A DNA stretch of 64,000 bases from Ignavibacteriota bacterium (GCA_963843525.1 CAWJKM010000002.1:209913-273912); one strand, 5' to 3'. Shown: positions 40,586 to 51,402, counted from the first letter of the stretch. Numbers and translations are program-made. Notes: generated by a model from the letters alone, not told the origin.

Positions 40586-42460
40586 CTAGGACATTTTATA
40601 CAGAGCGTACGTTTTCCCCGGAACGACGACAGAGAGTGTGCCGTTTCGACTTGTCAGCGGGAGTTCTTTTCCAGCCAGCAGCGAGAGTTTCGGGGAATTC
40701 ATATTCACATCGAACGTTGCCTCCGCGGATTGTCCGGAGGGATTCAGGATGACCAGCACAATATCTGTATCTTTTGCCCGGGCGTAAATGAAGGGATACT
40801 TGCCTTTCTTCGCGAACAGCGGGACAAATTCGGCGTACGCTGCGAGGGCGGGTTCGGAATGCCTCAAGTGAATGAGTCGGCGCGTTCTGTTCAGGAGTGA
40901 ATCGGGGTCTTGTTCCTGCGGGGCCACGAGCGGGGCGTCGCCGGCAGGATCCACAGGCAGGTAGAGTTTCTCCGAAGGAGCAGTCGAAAATCCCAGGTTC
41001 TTTTCTTTGCTCCATTGCATGGGGGTCCGGGCACCGTTGCGTGGACGATACGCTCCTTCCACCTGCGGCCAATGCTCCGGCATTTGCCGCATGCCGATCT
41101 CGTTCCCATAGTAGATGAACGGCACACCGGGCATGGTCAACCCGAATGCGTAGATGATCTCGAGATCGTCGTCGTCTCTTCGATTTCCAAGCCTCGCGTT
41201 GTCGTGGTTGCCGAGGGGGAGAGAGATGTACCCTTTCCCGTGCGAGGGCTGATACTGTTCCATGAACTTTGTGAGAAAGAACGTGATGTCCCCTTTCCCG
41301 TCCTCGTCAAAATAGCTGTGCCCCTCGGAATAACCGTTGAGGATCCGCCAGCTCTCTTTCTGGAAGAGGTCGTTGTACCCTTCGAACCAATGGAAAAAAT
41401 CGGCATGGAAGCAGCCATTGAGCGCTGCGATGGGAGAGGACCATTCCGACACGATAAAGGCCTCCGGATATTCGTTATTCAGGATCTCCCGGATCTCATG
41501 CCAGAACTGAGTTGTCCCATCCCCGCGCATTGAGAAGAACTGTTGATTCCCTTCTATCCCGGAGGACTTCACGAGCGCTCCCGCCATGTCGGCGCGGAAT
41601 CCATCGGCGCCCATATTCATCCAGTATCGAAACACCTTCTTCATTTCTTCCCGCATCGCCAGCACATCCGGGTGGTCGATCGGCAGTTCCCATTTTTGCC
41701 CGGGGTCGGGAACGTCGAATCCATAATTCAATGCCGGTTCGCAATAATAGAAGTTCTGCATGTACTGTCCGTTCCTGGTTCCGTATCCTTTGATAAATGC
41801 CCCCTGAAATCGTTTCGGGGGATCCAGCCAGATATTGTCAGTCCAGATATACCAGTTCGATTGCTTGTTGGCATTCTGCTGTGCTGAGGCTTTGAACCAT
41901 GGATGGTCGATCGATGTATAGCTTGCGACAAAATCAAACAGAATTTTCAGACCGCGCTTGTGTGCTTCCGCGAAGAGGGTGCGAGCATCATCGTTCGTCC
42001 CATAGCGCGGCGCGACCGTGTAATAGTCGGAGATGTCATAACCCGCATCGCCGAATGGGGAAGTGAAAAACGGATTGATCCAGACCGCATCGACTCCCAG
42101 GCTCTTGATATAGTCAAGCTTCTGTATGATCCCCTGAAGGTCGCCTATCCCATCGCCGTTTGAGTCGTAGAAGGTTTGCGGGTACACCTGGTAGAATACA
42201 GCGTTATGAACCCATGATGGGCAATGGGGAGGAACAGAGAATTTTCCCGAAATCTTCCCCTCAGTCCATTCCGAGACAGGCCGGGTTTGTCCGGATCCGG
42301 AATCAGGCTCCGTCGCAAATAAACGAGGTATGGACGATTTCAAAGATTCGGCCGGGCTGAGATTGAAGAATCCGGCGCCGGCGGCAGCCGCGATGCTGCC
42401 GAGAAACATACGCCTGTCGCCTTTGTATCGTTTCATAGGTGGGGCTCCGTAGTCTTTCAT
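40586..42460 (-). CDS. GH13 family alpha-amylase/alpha-glucosidase with a Tat-like signal
   Basis: GVDAVWINPFF...GYDISDY, catalytic GADGFRADMAG, and a twin-arginine-like N-terminus (RRMFLGSIAAAAGAG). Confidence 0.88.
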   Translation of the reverse strand: MKDYGAPPMKRYKGDRRMFLGSIAAAAGAGFFNLSPAESLKSSIPRLFATEPDSGSGQTRPVSEWTEGKISGKFSVPPHCPSWVHNAVFYQVYPQTFYDSNGDGIGDLQGIIQKLDYIKSLGVDAVWINPFFTSPFGDAGYDISDYYTVAPRYGTNDDARTLFAEAHKRGLKILFDFVASYTSIDHPWFKASAQQNANKQSNWYIWTDNIWLDPPKRFQGAFIKGYGTRNGQYMQNFYYCEPALNYGFDVPDPGQKWELPIDHPDVLAMREEMKKVFRYWMNMGADGFRADMAGALVKSSGIEGNQQFFSMRGDGTTQFWHEIREILNNEYPEAFIVSEWSSPIAALNGCFHADFFHWFEGYNDLFQKESWRILNGYSEGHSYFDEDGKGDITFFLTKFMEQYQPSHGKGYISLPLGNHDNARLGNRRDDDDLEIIYAFGLTMPGVPFIYYGNEIGMRQMPEHWPQVEGAYRPRNGARTPMQWSKEKNLGFSTAPSEKLYLPVDPAGDAPLVAPQEQDPDSLLNRTRRLIHLRHSEPALAAYAEFVPLFAKKGKYPFIYARAKDTDIVLVILNPSGQSAEATFDVNMNSPKLSLLAGKELPLTSRNGTLSVVVPGKTYALYKMS

Positions 42461-42735
42461 ACGAGTGGAGAAACCTTGTCATGGGCGGAACGTGCGTCGG
42501 CATTTCGCAGGGTTGACCAGGCGACGTTCTTTCGACGGTATCAATATATATACCGGATTGTACACTTTCATGGAAAATCACCGGGTCGATTATGTGTAAA
42601 TTACACCAGAGAAGGAGGGACAGTCATCTCTGGAACACCGACCCGTGTCTCCTTTATCACGCGAAACTACATTAACCCTTTCAGTTTGTGAAAGGGGATT
42701 GCCTCGAACGATATAACATATGTGAGGAATAGAAG

Positions 42736-44448
42736 ATGAAAAGATCCCTGTTCATTCTTCCTCTGTTGCTTTTCTCGGTGGTAAACGGTTTGGGTCAAAC
42801 CGAACACATACGGTCAAGCGTGAGATCACAGAATGTTACCGAGGAATTTCCTCATCTGGAAAAACATGGTACGGCAACGCAACTGGTCGTCGAAGGGAAG
42901 CCGCTCCTCCTGATCGCCGGCGAGCTGCACAACTCTTCGTGCGGTGGCTTCGACTCTATGAGACCACTGTGGAAGAGACTGGCCGGGAAGAACCTGAACT
43001 CCGTCATCGCCACTGTATCCTGGGAGCTGATTGAGCCCTCCGAGGGAAATTTCGATTTCGCACTCGTGGACAGTGAGATCGCAGGAGCAAGAGAGGCGCA
43101 CTTGAAGCTGGTCCTCATCTGGTTCGCGAGCTGGAAGAATGCAGGTTCTGTCTATATCCCGTCATGGGTCAAAGAGAACTATAAAAAGTATCCCAGAGCT
43201 GAAGATGAATCCGGAAAGCCGCTGGAAATCCTGTCAACGTTTGGCGAAGCCTCCTGGAGAGCAGACGCCAGAGCATTTGCGGCGCTGATGCGTCATCTGA
43301 AAGAAGTTGACGGCAAGACACAAACCGTGGTCATGATACAGGTGGAAAATGAAGTGGGTTTGCTTGACTTTATGGGAAAGACCCCCGGCAATGCGCGACG
43401 GGATTTCAGTCCACCTGCCAATTCTGCCTACAATGGTCCTGTACCACAGCAATTGACGGACTACCTTGTCCAAAACAAAACTGTCTTGTTCCCCGAGCTC
43501 TACAAAGTGTGGGGAGCGAACGACTGCAAGACGTCTGGTTCATGGGAAGAGGTATTCGGCAAGAGCGAATTCAGGCCCGAGAAGGAAAACTGGCGGTACT
43601 ACTCCTTCTATACCGAAGAGCTCTTTTCGGCGTGGAATTACGCGAGCTACGTGGAAAAAGTCGTTGCAGCCGGAAAGAAGGAATATCCATTGCCGATGTA
43701 CGTGAACGCGTGGCTGAAACAACCCTTCAGCTATTGGCCGGGAAGGTATCCGTCGGGCGGGCCGCTGCCACAGGTCCTGGATGTTTGGCGGGCGGCCGCC
43801 CCATCGGTCGATTTCATCGCTCCTGATATTTATATTGATGAGTTCACGTGGGTATGTCAGGAGTACACCAGAAGCGGTAATCCCTTGTTTATCCCGGAAA
43901 CTCGAGGCGGAGAGGTGGGTGCCGCAAGGGCGTTTTATGCCTTCGGGGAATTTGATGCCGGATGTTTCTCCCCGTTTGGCATTGATGGCAATCGTTCCCC
44001 GGGAAACGACCCTCTGGATGAGAGCTATGCAGTGCTGCAAACCCTCTCCCCTCTTATTCTTGCGAACCAGGGGATGGGAACAATGAAAGGGATCCTGGTT
44101 GACACAGTATCGCCGGTCCAGCGCTTCGCATTGGGAGAGTATTGGATTGAAGCGAGGCTTGCAGGACCACAGGGACCGTCTGTTGCCGGCGGTCTTATCA
44201 TCCAAACAGCCCCCCAGGAATTCTTCGTGGCCGGCAGGGGGCTCGACATCTTCTTCATTTCCAACAGCGACTCCGGGCGCATCGGAGTAAAAGCAGTGGA
44301 TGAGGGAACTTTTGAAAAAGGCAAATGGGTTCCTGAGAGAAGATTGAATGGAGATGAAGTGCATGCGAGTACCTTCGACGGGACGGGGCCGAGACTTCCC
44401 GGTGACAGGGTGAGCATTCAGAAGATCTCGCTCTATTCTTATCGATGA
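42736..44448 (+). CDS. GH35-like glycoside hydrolase (putative beta-galactosidase-type TIM barrel)
   Basis: Signal peptide; LIAGELHNS...W..L...NLNSVIATVSWELIEPSEGNFDF and VVMIQVENEVG (catalytic-acid-like) resemble GH35. Confidence 0.6.
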   Translation: MKRSLFILPLLLFSVVNGLGQTEHIRSSVRSQNVTEEFPHLEKHGTATQLVVEGKPLLLIAGELHNSSCGGFDSMRPLWKRLAGKNLNSVIATVSWELIEPSEGNFDFALVDSEIAGAREAHLKLVLIWFASWKNAGSVYIPSWVKENYKKYPRAEDESGKPLEILSTFGEASWRADARAFAALMRHLKEVDGKTQTVVMIQVENEVGLLDFMGKTPGNARRDFSPPANSAYNGPVPQQLTDYLVQNKTVLFPELYKVWGANDCKTSGSWEEVFGKSEFRPEKENWRYYSFYTEELFSAWNYASYVEKVVAAGKKEYPLPMYVNAWLKQPFSYWPGRYPSGGPLPQVLDVWRAAAPSVDFIAPDIYIDEFTWVCQEYTRSGNPLFIPETRGGEVGAARAFYAFGEFDAGCFSPFGIDGNRSPGNDPLDESYAVLQTLSPLILANQGMGTMKGILVDTVSPVQRFALGEYWIEARLAGPQGPSVAGGLIIQTAPQEFFVAGRGLDIFFISNSDSGRIGVKAVDEGTFEKGKWVPERRLNGDEVHASTFDGTGPRLPGDRVSIQKISLYSYR

Positions 44449-44507
44449 AATCATGAGTGGAAGCTCTGGTAACTCTCAGACAGATGTTCAACAAGAAGTG
44501 GGAAGAC

Positions 44508-46910
44508 ATGAAATCCATACTCGCCAAACCGGCGGCCCTTGCGATAATCGTGGCAACAAGCTTTTCCGCAGCCACATACGACGCTGCCGCGTCGATTCTG
44601 TCATACAAACAAGATCTCCACGGAGTGACCTTCAAGTTGGACAAAGGCGTAATGGAGTTGAAGGTCTGCAAAGACGACATCATCGAGGTGAAGTACAGCA
44701 CCTTGCCGGCCTTCGCGGCGAAAACTTCGTTGGTGGTGACGAATGAATGGAAGACGCCGGCGAAGTTTCAGGTATCTGACCATGCGGGTCACATTGTCAT
44801 CTCCACAGCGAGGCTGAAAATCGACGTGGACAAGGCAACGAACGCCATCCAGTGCGCTGACGTCAAAGGCCACGTCATCCTGGCCGAGGCCGGCGCAGCG
44901 GGGAAGACCATGACGGCGGCGACCGTGGCAGGCATTGACACCTACACCTGCTCCACGGAATTCCTTTCACCCCAGGATGAAGCACTGTTCGGGCTGGGCT
45001 GCCACCCCGAGGATCCGATGGCAATGAACTACAAGGGAAGAGATCAGGACATGGCCATCAAGTACATGACGGGGGCAATCCCCGTCCTCCTGTCGACGAG
45101 AGGGTACGGGTTGATGTGGGACAACTATGCCGCTTCAAAGTTCTTTGGTGCGGAGGATGGCAACACCAAGTATAAATATGTATCGGAAAGCGGGACGATG
45201 GTCGATTACTATTTCTTCTATGGCCCGGATTTCGACCACATCATTGCACTCTATCGTGAGGCGACGGGGCAGGCTCCGATGTTTCCCCGATGGGCGTTTG
45301 GCCTCTTCCAGTCTCAGGACCGATACCAGAGCCAGGCGGAAGTCTTGTCGGTCGCACAGAACTACCGCAAAAATCAGATCCCTGTGGACTGTATTGTGCA
45401 GGATTGGTTCTATTGGGAGCCCGATGTGATCGGCTCCCATGTCATGTACCCGACCCGGTATCCGGATCCGAAGGCGATGGTGGACGAATTGCACAACGAC
45501 CATCTTCATGCGATGATCTCCATCTGGCCCGTCTTTGCGAAGGGGACAAACGACTACGAGGGGCTGAAGAATGCCGGCGGGCTGACCTCGATCACGTGGG
45601 ACAACGTGATGACACACACGTTTGACAACTATTATGACGCGCACAGTGCCCCTGCCCGCGATCTCTACTGGCAGCAGATCAGAGACAGCCTGATCGGCCG
45701 TTATGGCTGGGACGCAATTTGGGTCGACCAATGCGAGCCGGACAACGGCAGCCTTCTCGATGCGCGACGACAGGCCGACTTCGCGATTGGCAAGGGAATC
45801 GATTACTTCAATACGTACTCACTGATGCACACGACCGGGCTCTACCAGCATTGGAGAAAGGACGTCCCCGGGAAGCGCGCCTTCTTCCTCGCGCGCCAGG
45901 CCTTCGCAGGGCAACAGCGGAATGCTACGACCTTGTGGTCCTCTGATATCACCTGTACCTTCCAATCATTCAAAAATCAAGTCCCCCAGGGGATCAATGC
46001 CTGCGCATCAGGTATCCCGTACTGGACATCCGACATCGGCGGATATCATCTCAACTGGAAGGCACCCGATTGGTCGGCACCGGCAAATCGGGAGTTGTTC
46101 ACCCGATGGTTCGAGTTCGGAGCGTTCTGTCCCGTGTTCAGGATCCACGGGAAGGGAGAACGAGCCCTCTTCTCGAGCAACTGGGACGCAGACACGAAAG
46201 CAATTCTGTTGAAGTACGACAATCTGCGTTATCGCCTCATGCCGTATCTCTATTCGCTCTCGTGGAAAGTCACCCATGAGGCATACACCATGATGCGGGC
46301 TCTCTCGTTCGATTTTAGAAATGACCCATCGGTCTACAACATCAAAGACCAGTACATGTTCGGCCCGGCATTTCTTGTCAGCCCGGTAACCGACCAACTG
46401 TACACCCTGGAGGCAGAATTTCCTCCCCCGAAGACAAGAAAAGTATATCTTCCGAAATCGACCCGGTGGGTGGATTTCTGGAGCGGGTTGGTTCTCGAGG
46501 GCGGTCAGACCATCAACGCATTCGCCCCCATAGAAAAACTGCCTCTTTATGTCAAAGCCGGGTCCATTGTTCCTCTCGGGCCCTTCGAGCAATATGCCGC
46601 CGAGAAGCCTGCTGATCCGATAGAACTCCGGATCTATCCCGGGGCAAACGGACAGTTCACACTCTACGAAGACGAAAACGACAATTACGACTACGAGAAG
46701 GGCGAATACGCAACGATAAAGTTTACATGGGATGACGGTCAGAAGACTCTGACCATATCCGATCGAAAGGGTGAGTTCCCCGGAATGTTGAAGGAACGGA
46801 CGTTTAGTATAGTCGTAGTGGGGAGGGGACAGGGCGCTGGTGTGGAGATTTGCCCGCGACCGCTCAGGACTGTGAAATACAACGGTACCATGTTGAAAGT
46901 GAAGTTATGA
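44508..46910 (+). CDS. GH31 family glycoside hydrolase, paralog of 35219..38071 without PA14
   Basis: AIWVDQCEPD catalytic region. The C-terminal ...RKGEFPGMLKERTFSIVV is near-identical in pattern to the first GH31 (RQGEFPGMLRKRSFDIVW). ATG at 44508 with a signal peptide; the track ORF begins at GTG 44457. Confidence 0.85.
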   Translation: MKSILAKPAALAIIVATSFSAATYDAAASILSYKQDLHGVTFKLDKGVMELKVCKDDIIEVKYSTLPAFAAKTSLVVTNEWKTPAKFQVSDHAGHIVISTARLKIDVDKATNAIQCADVKGHVILAEAGAAGKTMTAATVAGIDTYTCSTEFLSPQDEALFGLGCHPEDPMAMNYKGRDQDMAIKYMTGAIPVLLSTRGYGLMWDNYAASKFFGAEDGNTKYKYVSESGTMVDYYFFYGPDFDHIIALYREATGQAPMFPRWAFGLFQSQDRYQSQAEVLSVAQNYRKNQIPVDCIVQDWFYWEPDVIGSHVMYPTRYPDPKAMVDELHNDHLHAMISIWPVFAKGTNDYEGLKNAGGLTSITWDNVMTHTFDNYYDAHSAPARDLYWQQIRDSLIGRYGWDAIWVDQCEPDNGSLLDARRQADFAIGKGIDYFNTYSLMHTTGLYQHWRKDVPGKRAFFLARQAFAGQQRNATTLWSSDITCTFQSFKNQVPQGINACASGIPYWTSDIGGYHLNWKAPDWSAPANRELFTRWFEFGAFCPVFRIHGKGERALFSSNWDADTKAILLKYDNLRYRLMPYLYSLSWKVTHEAYTMMRALSFDFRNDPSVYNIKDQYMFGPAFLVSPVTDQLYTLEAEFPPPKTRKVYLPKSTRWVDFWSGLVLEGGQTINAFAPIEKLPLYVKAGSIVPLGPFEQYAAEKPADPIELRIYPGANGQFTLYEDENDNYDYEKGEYATIKFTWDDGQKTLTISDRKGEFPGMLKERTFSIVVVGRGQGAGVEICPRPLRTVKYNGTMLKVKL

Positions 46911-47028
46911 CCTGCAGGGGACCCGACTTCATGAAATGTTCTTGATCTCATCGTTCGGAGGCACGGTCCCCCCGACAAATGTACTGTTGGGGGGACTGTC
47001 AATGCTGTTCCCCCGTAGAAGGCTCATC

Positions 47029-49545
47029 ATGAAATCCTGTCTCATCGTCCTTCTTGTCTCGATTCCACTCGTGCTGCTCGCGCAGTCTGAGGGCACGATT
47101 CGCGTGAACCAGCTCGGCTACTCCTGCACCTCGGTAAAGATTGCGGTTGCCCTCCTTCTCGGAAATTTCCCTGGTGTGGATCATTTCGAAGCCTGCGATG
47201 CGGTAACGGATTCGGTGTCGTTCCGGTCGGACCGGATCCAACCGTCGGGCCCCTATGGTTCATTCGGCCGGACGTTGCGTCTCGATTTCTCCAGGTTTGA
47301 ACGGCCGGGCGGCTACTACCTCCAGCTTGGAGGAGTCCGATCGCCGGTGTTCCGCATCGGAGATGACGTGTATGACGGGGCGGCGGACTTCCTGCTGCGC
47401 TATATGCGCGAACAGCGATCCGGGTTCAACCCCTACCTCCGGGATTCATGTCACACTCATGACGGTTATGTCATCTATCATCCGGGACATGATTCGGACC
47501 ATGTCGACGTTGTCGGCGGATGGCACGATGCATCCGATTATCTGCAGTATGTGACGACTTCCGCAACGGCAGTCTACCAGATGCTCTTTGCGTATCAGCA
47601 CCATCCGGAGGTGTTTGGAGACCGTTATCGCGCTGACGGGCTTCCTGGCGCAAACGGGACCCCGGACATCCTGGATGAAGCGGCGTGGGGATTACGCTGG
47701 CTTCTCAAAATGAATCCCGCACCCGGCGTGCTGTACAATCAGATTGCCGATGATCGCGATCACCAGGGATTCCGCCTCCCGACGGAAGACCCGGTGGACT
47801 ATGGCAAAGGGAAGGAGCGTCCGGTGTATTTCTGCACCGGGAAACCCCAGGGGCTCTTTCAGTATGCCAATCGCAGTACGGGCCTTGCTTCCACCGCGGG
47901 CAAGTTCGCTTCGGCATTTGCGCTCGGGGCTGAGCTGTTTGCACTCCGCGACACGGCGTTTGCACGTGTGCTCACAGACCGCGCGCGTTCGGCATATCTC
48001 AGCGGCAAAGAGCATCCCGGAGTCTGTCAGACTGCACCGTGCAAGTCACCTTACTTCTACGAGGAAGACAACTGGGTCGACGATATGGAGCTTGCAGCCG
48101 CGCAGCTTGCGAAGACCACCCGTGATACTGCATATCAGAAAGATGCGCGGTTGTACGGCCGGAAGGAAACCGTGAACCCGTGGATGGGGCAGAATGCCGT
48201 CCGTCACTATCAGTGGTACCCCTTCATCAACCTCGGACATGTGCGGCTCGCCGAGGAAGACCCGCGTGCAAGGAAGGAGTTCATTGCGTATCTCAAAGAA
48301 GGGATCGAGCGGGTCAGACAAAGAGCGGAACATCAACCATTCCGTCTTGGGATCCCTTTCATCTGGTGTTCGAACAATTACGTGAGCGCGTTCCTCACGC
48401 AGCTCCAGTTGTATCGATCGCTCACCGGCGACAACTCGTACGCGGAATTCGAAGCGGCCGCACGCGATTGGCTTTTCGGCTGCAACCCGTGGGGCACAAG
48501 CATGATCATCGGTCTCCCACGCGGAGGTGTGTCGCCAAAGGACCCCCATTCGGCTTTTTCGCACCTCTATGGCTATCACATCGATGGCGGGCTCGTGGAT
48601 GGGCCGGTGAACGCGTCGATCTTCAACGCATTAAAAGGAATCCAGCTCTCACACCCCGATCTGTTCGCGGCATACCAGGGAGATGTTGTCTATCACGACG
48701 ATTGGGGCGACTACTCGTCGAATGAGCCGACGATGGACGGGACGGCCGGTTTGACCATGGCTCTGGCAGCGCTGGAAGATCATGGGAAGTCCGGGATCAA
48801 ACGGAGGAGAATGATATTCGACGAGGGAGGGATCATCCGCGGAGATACGACGGAAAAGGTCATCCATATGGTCTTTTCCGGCCACGAATTTGCCGATGGA
48901 GGAAAAACGATAGCCCGGGTGCTGGAAAGACACCATGGGAAAGCATCGTTTTTCTTCACGGGTGGGTTCTACCGCGACCCAAGGAATTCAACACTCATAC
49001 AGCTTCTCAAACGGGATGGCCAGTACCTTGGGCCGCATTCCGACGGGCATCTTCTGTATGCGCCGTGGGACCGGCGTGATTCGACGCTTCTGACGGAGGC
49101 CCGATTTCAGGAGGATGTCCGGAAGAACTTTGCGGCAATGGCGCGCTGCGGTATACCAGCGGCACACGCCAGATGCTTTCTGCCGCCGTTCGAGTGGTAC
49201 AACCGGACAGTCTCGGACTGGGCGAAACGTCTTGGACTCACATTGATCGACTTCACCCCCGGGACATACTCCAATGCCGACTACACCACCCCTTCGATGG
49301 GAGCGAAGTATCTGTCCAGCGACAGCATTCTCACAAGGATTCTCCGGTACGAATCGACGCACCGATCAGGACTAAACGGCTGTATTCTTCTGATGCACGT
49401 CGGGACGGATCCGGAACGGACGGACAAGCTATACAACCGGATGGACGGGCTTTTGACGGCGCTGGAGCGCAGGGGATACCGGTTCGAGACTATTCGTCGA
49501 CTGGCGTCCACCGCTCCAGAAGCTGCTCCGGGATCCCATCGATGA
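47029..49545 (+). CDS. GH9 family glycoside hydrolase fused to a C-terminal polysaccharide deacetylase (CE4-like) domain
   Basis: CelD_N-like Ig domain (RVNQLGY), GH9 motif GGWHDASDYLQY, (alpha/alpha)6 barrel. C-terminal ~250 aa show the NodB-like pattern (HMVFSGHEFADGG...GKASFFFTGGF...GPHSDGHL). Confidence 0.7.
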   Translation: MKSCLIVLLVSIPLVLLAQSEGTIRVNQLGYSCTSVKIAVALLLGNFPGVDHFEACDAVTDSVSFRSDRIQPSGPYGSFGRTLRLDFSRFERPGGYYLQLGGVRSPVFRIGDDVYDGAADFLLRYMREQRSGFNPYLRDSCHTHDGYVIYHPGHDSDHVDVVGGWHDASDYLQYVTTSATAVYQMLFAYQHHPEVFGDRYRADGLPGANGTPDILDEAAWGLRWLLKMNPAPGVLYNQIADDRDHQGFRLPTEDPVDYGKGKERPVYFCTGKPQGLFQYANRSTGLASTAGKFASAFALGAELFALRDTAFARVLTDRARSAYLSGKEHPGVCQTAPCKSPYFYEEDNWVDDMELAAAQLAKTTRDTAYQKDARLYGRKETVNPWMGQNAVRHYQWYPFINLGHVRLAEEDPRARKEFIAYLKEGIERVRQRAEHQPFRLGIPFIWCSNNYVSAFLTQLQLYRSLTGDNSYAEFEAAARDWLFGCNPWGTSMIIGLPRGGVSPKDPHSAFSHLYGYHIDGGLVDGPVNASIFNALKGIQLSHPDLFAAYQGDVVYHDDWGDYSSNEPTMDGTAGLTMALAALEDHGKSGIKRRRMIFDEGGIIRGDTTEKVIHMVFSGHEFADGGKTIARVLERHHGKASFFFTGGFYRDPRNSTLIQLLKRDGQYLGPHSDGHLLYAPWDRRDSTLLTEARFQEDVRKNFAAMARCGIPAAHARCFLPPFEWYNRTVSDWAKRLGLTLIDFTPGTYSNADYTTPSMGAKYLSSDSILTRILRYESTHRSGLNGCILLMHVGTDPERTDKLYNRMDGLLTALERRGYRFETIRRLASTAPEAAPGSHR

Positions 49546-50524
49546 AGCGCGAAGGCTTCGAAAGGATCATGCCTGTCTCTCGGTCGTAGATGTTGATGGG
49601 GTAGGTTATGAAGAGATGTTCCTTCGCCCGGGTGCACGCGACATACATCAGCCTTCGTTCCTCCTCCAGCGCATCATCATCTGCCGCCGCCCGCGTGACC
49701 GGGAACCTCCCTTCGAGCGCGTACATGACGAACACCGTATTCCACTCCAACCCCTTCGCGCTGTGAATCGTGGAGAGGATGAGCTTCTCATCGTCGTTTC
49801 CCGGGTCGCTGATGTCGGTGACGCTCTCCGTCGCCGGCTCAAGCGCGAGATCGGTCAGGAGCGTCGACAGAGAACGATACCGTTCGGTGATCTGCTGGAA
49901 CATCTCCAGATCCTTTGCCCGCTTGTGATGATCATCGTACCGGAGCTTAAAAATCGGCTCGTAGTATTGGAGGAGTCGTTGGACACGGTCGGCCGGCATA
50001 AGATGATCCGGTGCGGCATCGTTCAACGCCTCGAAGAGCAGGGCGACTTTGTCCGGGTACGTGATCGCATTGCCTTTGACTGCCGGGAGCCGGCTCGATG
50101 CCGGAGTGCCGGGAGCGAGGCGTTTCGAAAGGATGTCGTTGAGAACCTTCTCCGCCGTGCGGGGTCCCACCCCTTCGACCAGGAGGAGGATACGGTTCCA
50201 TGCGACCGCGTCGCGGGGGTTCTCCAGGACGCGAAGATAGGAAACGATATCCTTGATGTGCGCCGTCTCCATGAGCTTCAATCCGCCGTACTTGACGAAG
50301 GGGATGTTTGCTTTCGTGAGTTCCACTTCGAGATCAAACGAGAGATAGCCCGATCGGAAGAGGACGGCGATGTCGGTCAGTGGAATCCCCTCTTCGCGAA
50401 GTTCGAGGACGCGCTGGACGATGAACCGCGACTGGATATTTTCCGTCTGCGTAGTCACAATGGCCGGCAGTTCACCGCCGGTCCTGTGTGTGTACAGCGC
50501 TTTCGAGAACTTGTGCCTGGTCAT
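49490..50524 (-). CDS. UvrD/PcrA-family helicase, C-terminal half (domains 2A/2B, motifs V-VI)
   Basis: ...DIAVLFRSGY...IPFVKYGG...ILSTIHSAKGLEWNTVFV...EEERRLMYVACTRAKEHLFITY. The ATG overlaps the stop of the upstream methyltransferase gene (ATGA). Confidence 0.8.
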   Translation of the reverse strand: MTRHKFSKALYTHRTGGELPAIVTTQTENIQSRFIVQRVLELREEGIPLTDIAVLFRSGYLSFDLEVELTKANIPFVKYGGLKLMETAHIKDIVSYLRVLENPRDAVAWNRILLLVEGVGPRTAEKVLNDILSKRLAPGTPASSRLPAVKGNAITYPDKVALLFEALNDAAPDHLMPADRVQRLLQYYEPIFKLRYDDHHKRAKDLEMFQQITERYRSLSTLLTDLALEPATESVTDISDPGNDDEKLILSTIHSAKGLEWNTVFVMYALEGRFPVTRAAADDDALEEERRLMYVACTRAKEHLFITYPINIYDRETGMILSKPSRFIDGIPEQLLERWTPVDE

Positions 50525-51402
50525 TCTTTTCCCTTGCTCCACGGGTCCTTCGCGGCAGGCGGGAAAGCATCCCGGATTCGGCGCACGTACTCCGGCGTGG
50601 TGCCGCAGCATCCGCCCACGAATATCGCCCCGAGATCGATCCAGCGCCCGGCGAACGCCGCATACTCTTCCGGCTCCACGTCGCACTGCATCGTTGCCTC
50701 CCGTTCCTCGCCCGGCATGCCCACGTTCGCGTACACGCCGAACGGGAGCGATGCGGCCTTCCGCAGCCGTTCGACCGCGCGGTCGATGATACGCGGAGAC
50801 ATACAGTTTATCGAAAGGGCGTACGGGTGATACGGTTCGACGCGGCGGACAGCCTCCTCAAGAGGTTTGCCGTCATACAGGTTCCCGCCGGCATCGCACA
50901 GAAAGCTCACGATGGTCGGAACGCCGGTGGACACGGCAGCTTTACACGCCGCTTCCGCCTCTCTGGACGTCCCCATGGTCTCCAGCAGCAGCATATCCAC
51001 ACCTGCCTCTGCCAATCGTTGTGCGTGGAGGGCGTGTTCCGCGGCCAGCGCATCATCGGGCGGGACACGCTCGGGATGGTAGCAGTCTTCGAGCGGCCCC
51101 ATCGAGCCGGCGATCTTCACTGTTCTTCCGGGGAAGGCATTCCGTGCCTCGTTGGCCAGTGCAACGGCTAATTGCGTCAGCTCGGCGGAGCGGTCTGGGA
51201 GCCCCGCGCGCCGGAACGTCCTGGGTGTCGTGCGGAAAGTGTTGGCGGTGATCAGATCAGCGCCGGCAGCGATGTACTCTTCATGGAGTGTGCGGACCAA
51301 TCCCGGGTCGTCAACCAACGCGTTTGCCGACCAGAGCGGCAGATTCGTGTTCGCGCCTCTTCGCGCGAGCTCGGTCCCGATTGCGCCGTCAAGGATGAAC
51401 AT
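50521..51402 (-). CDS. homocysteine S-methyltransferase domain protein (MmuM/BHMT-like)
   Basis: MFILDGAIGTEL...LWSA..., AGADLITANTF, and zinc-binding GGCCGTTPEY. The track ORF extends to 51453 through a repeat tract; start taken at MFILDG. Confidence 0.8.
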   Translation of the reverse strand: MFILDGAIGTELARRGANTNLPLWSANALVDDPGLVRTLHEEYIAAGADLITANTFRTTPRTFRRAGLPDRSAELTQLAVALANEARNAFPGRTVKIAGSMGPLEDCYHPERVPPDDALAAEHALHAQRLAEAGVDMLLLETMGTSREAEAACKAAVSTGVPTIVSFLCDAGGNLYDGKPLEEAVRRVEPYHPYALSINCMSPRIIDRAVERLRKAASLPFGVYANVGMPGEEREATMQCDVEPEEYAAFAGRWIDLGAIFVGGCCGTTPEYVRRIRDAFPPAAKDPWSKGKE

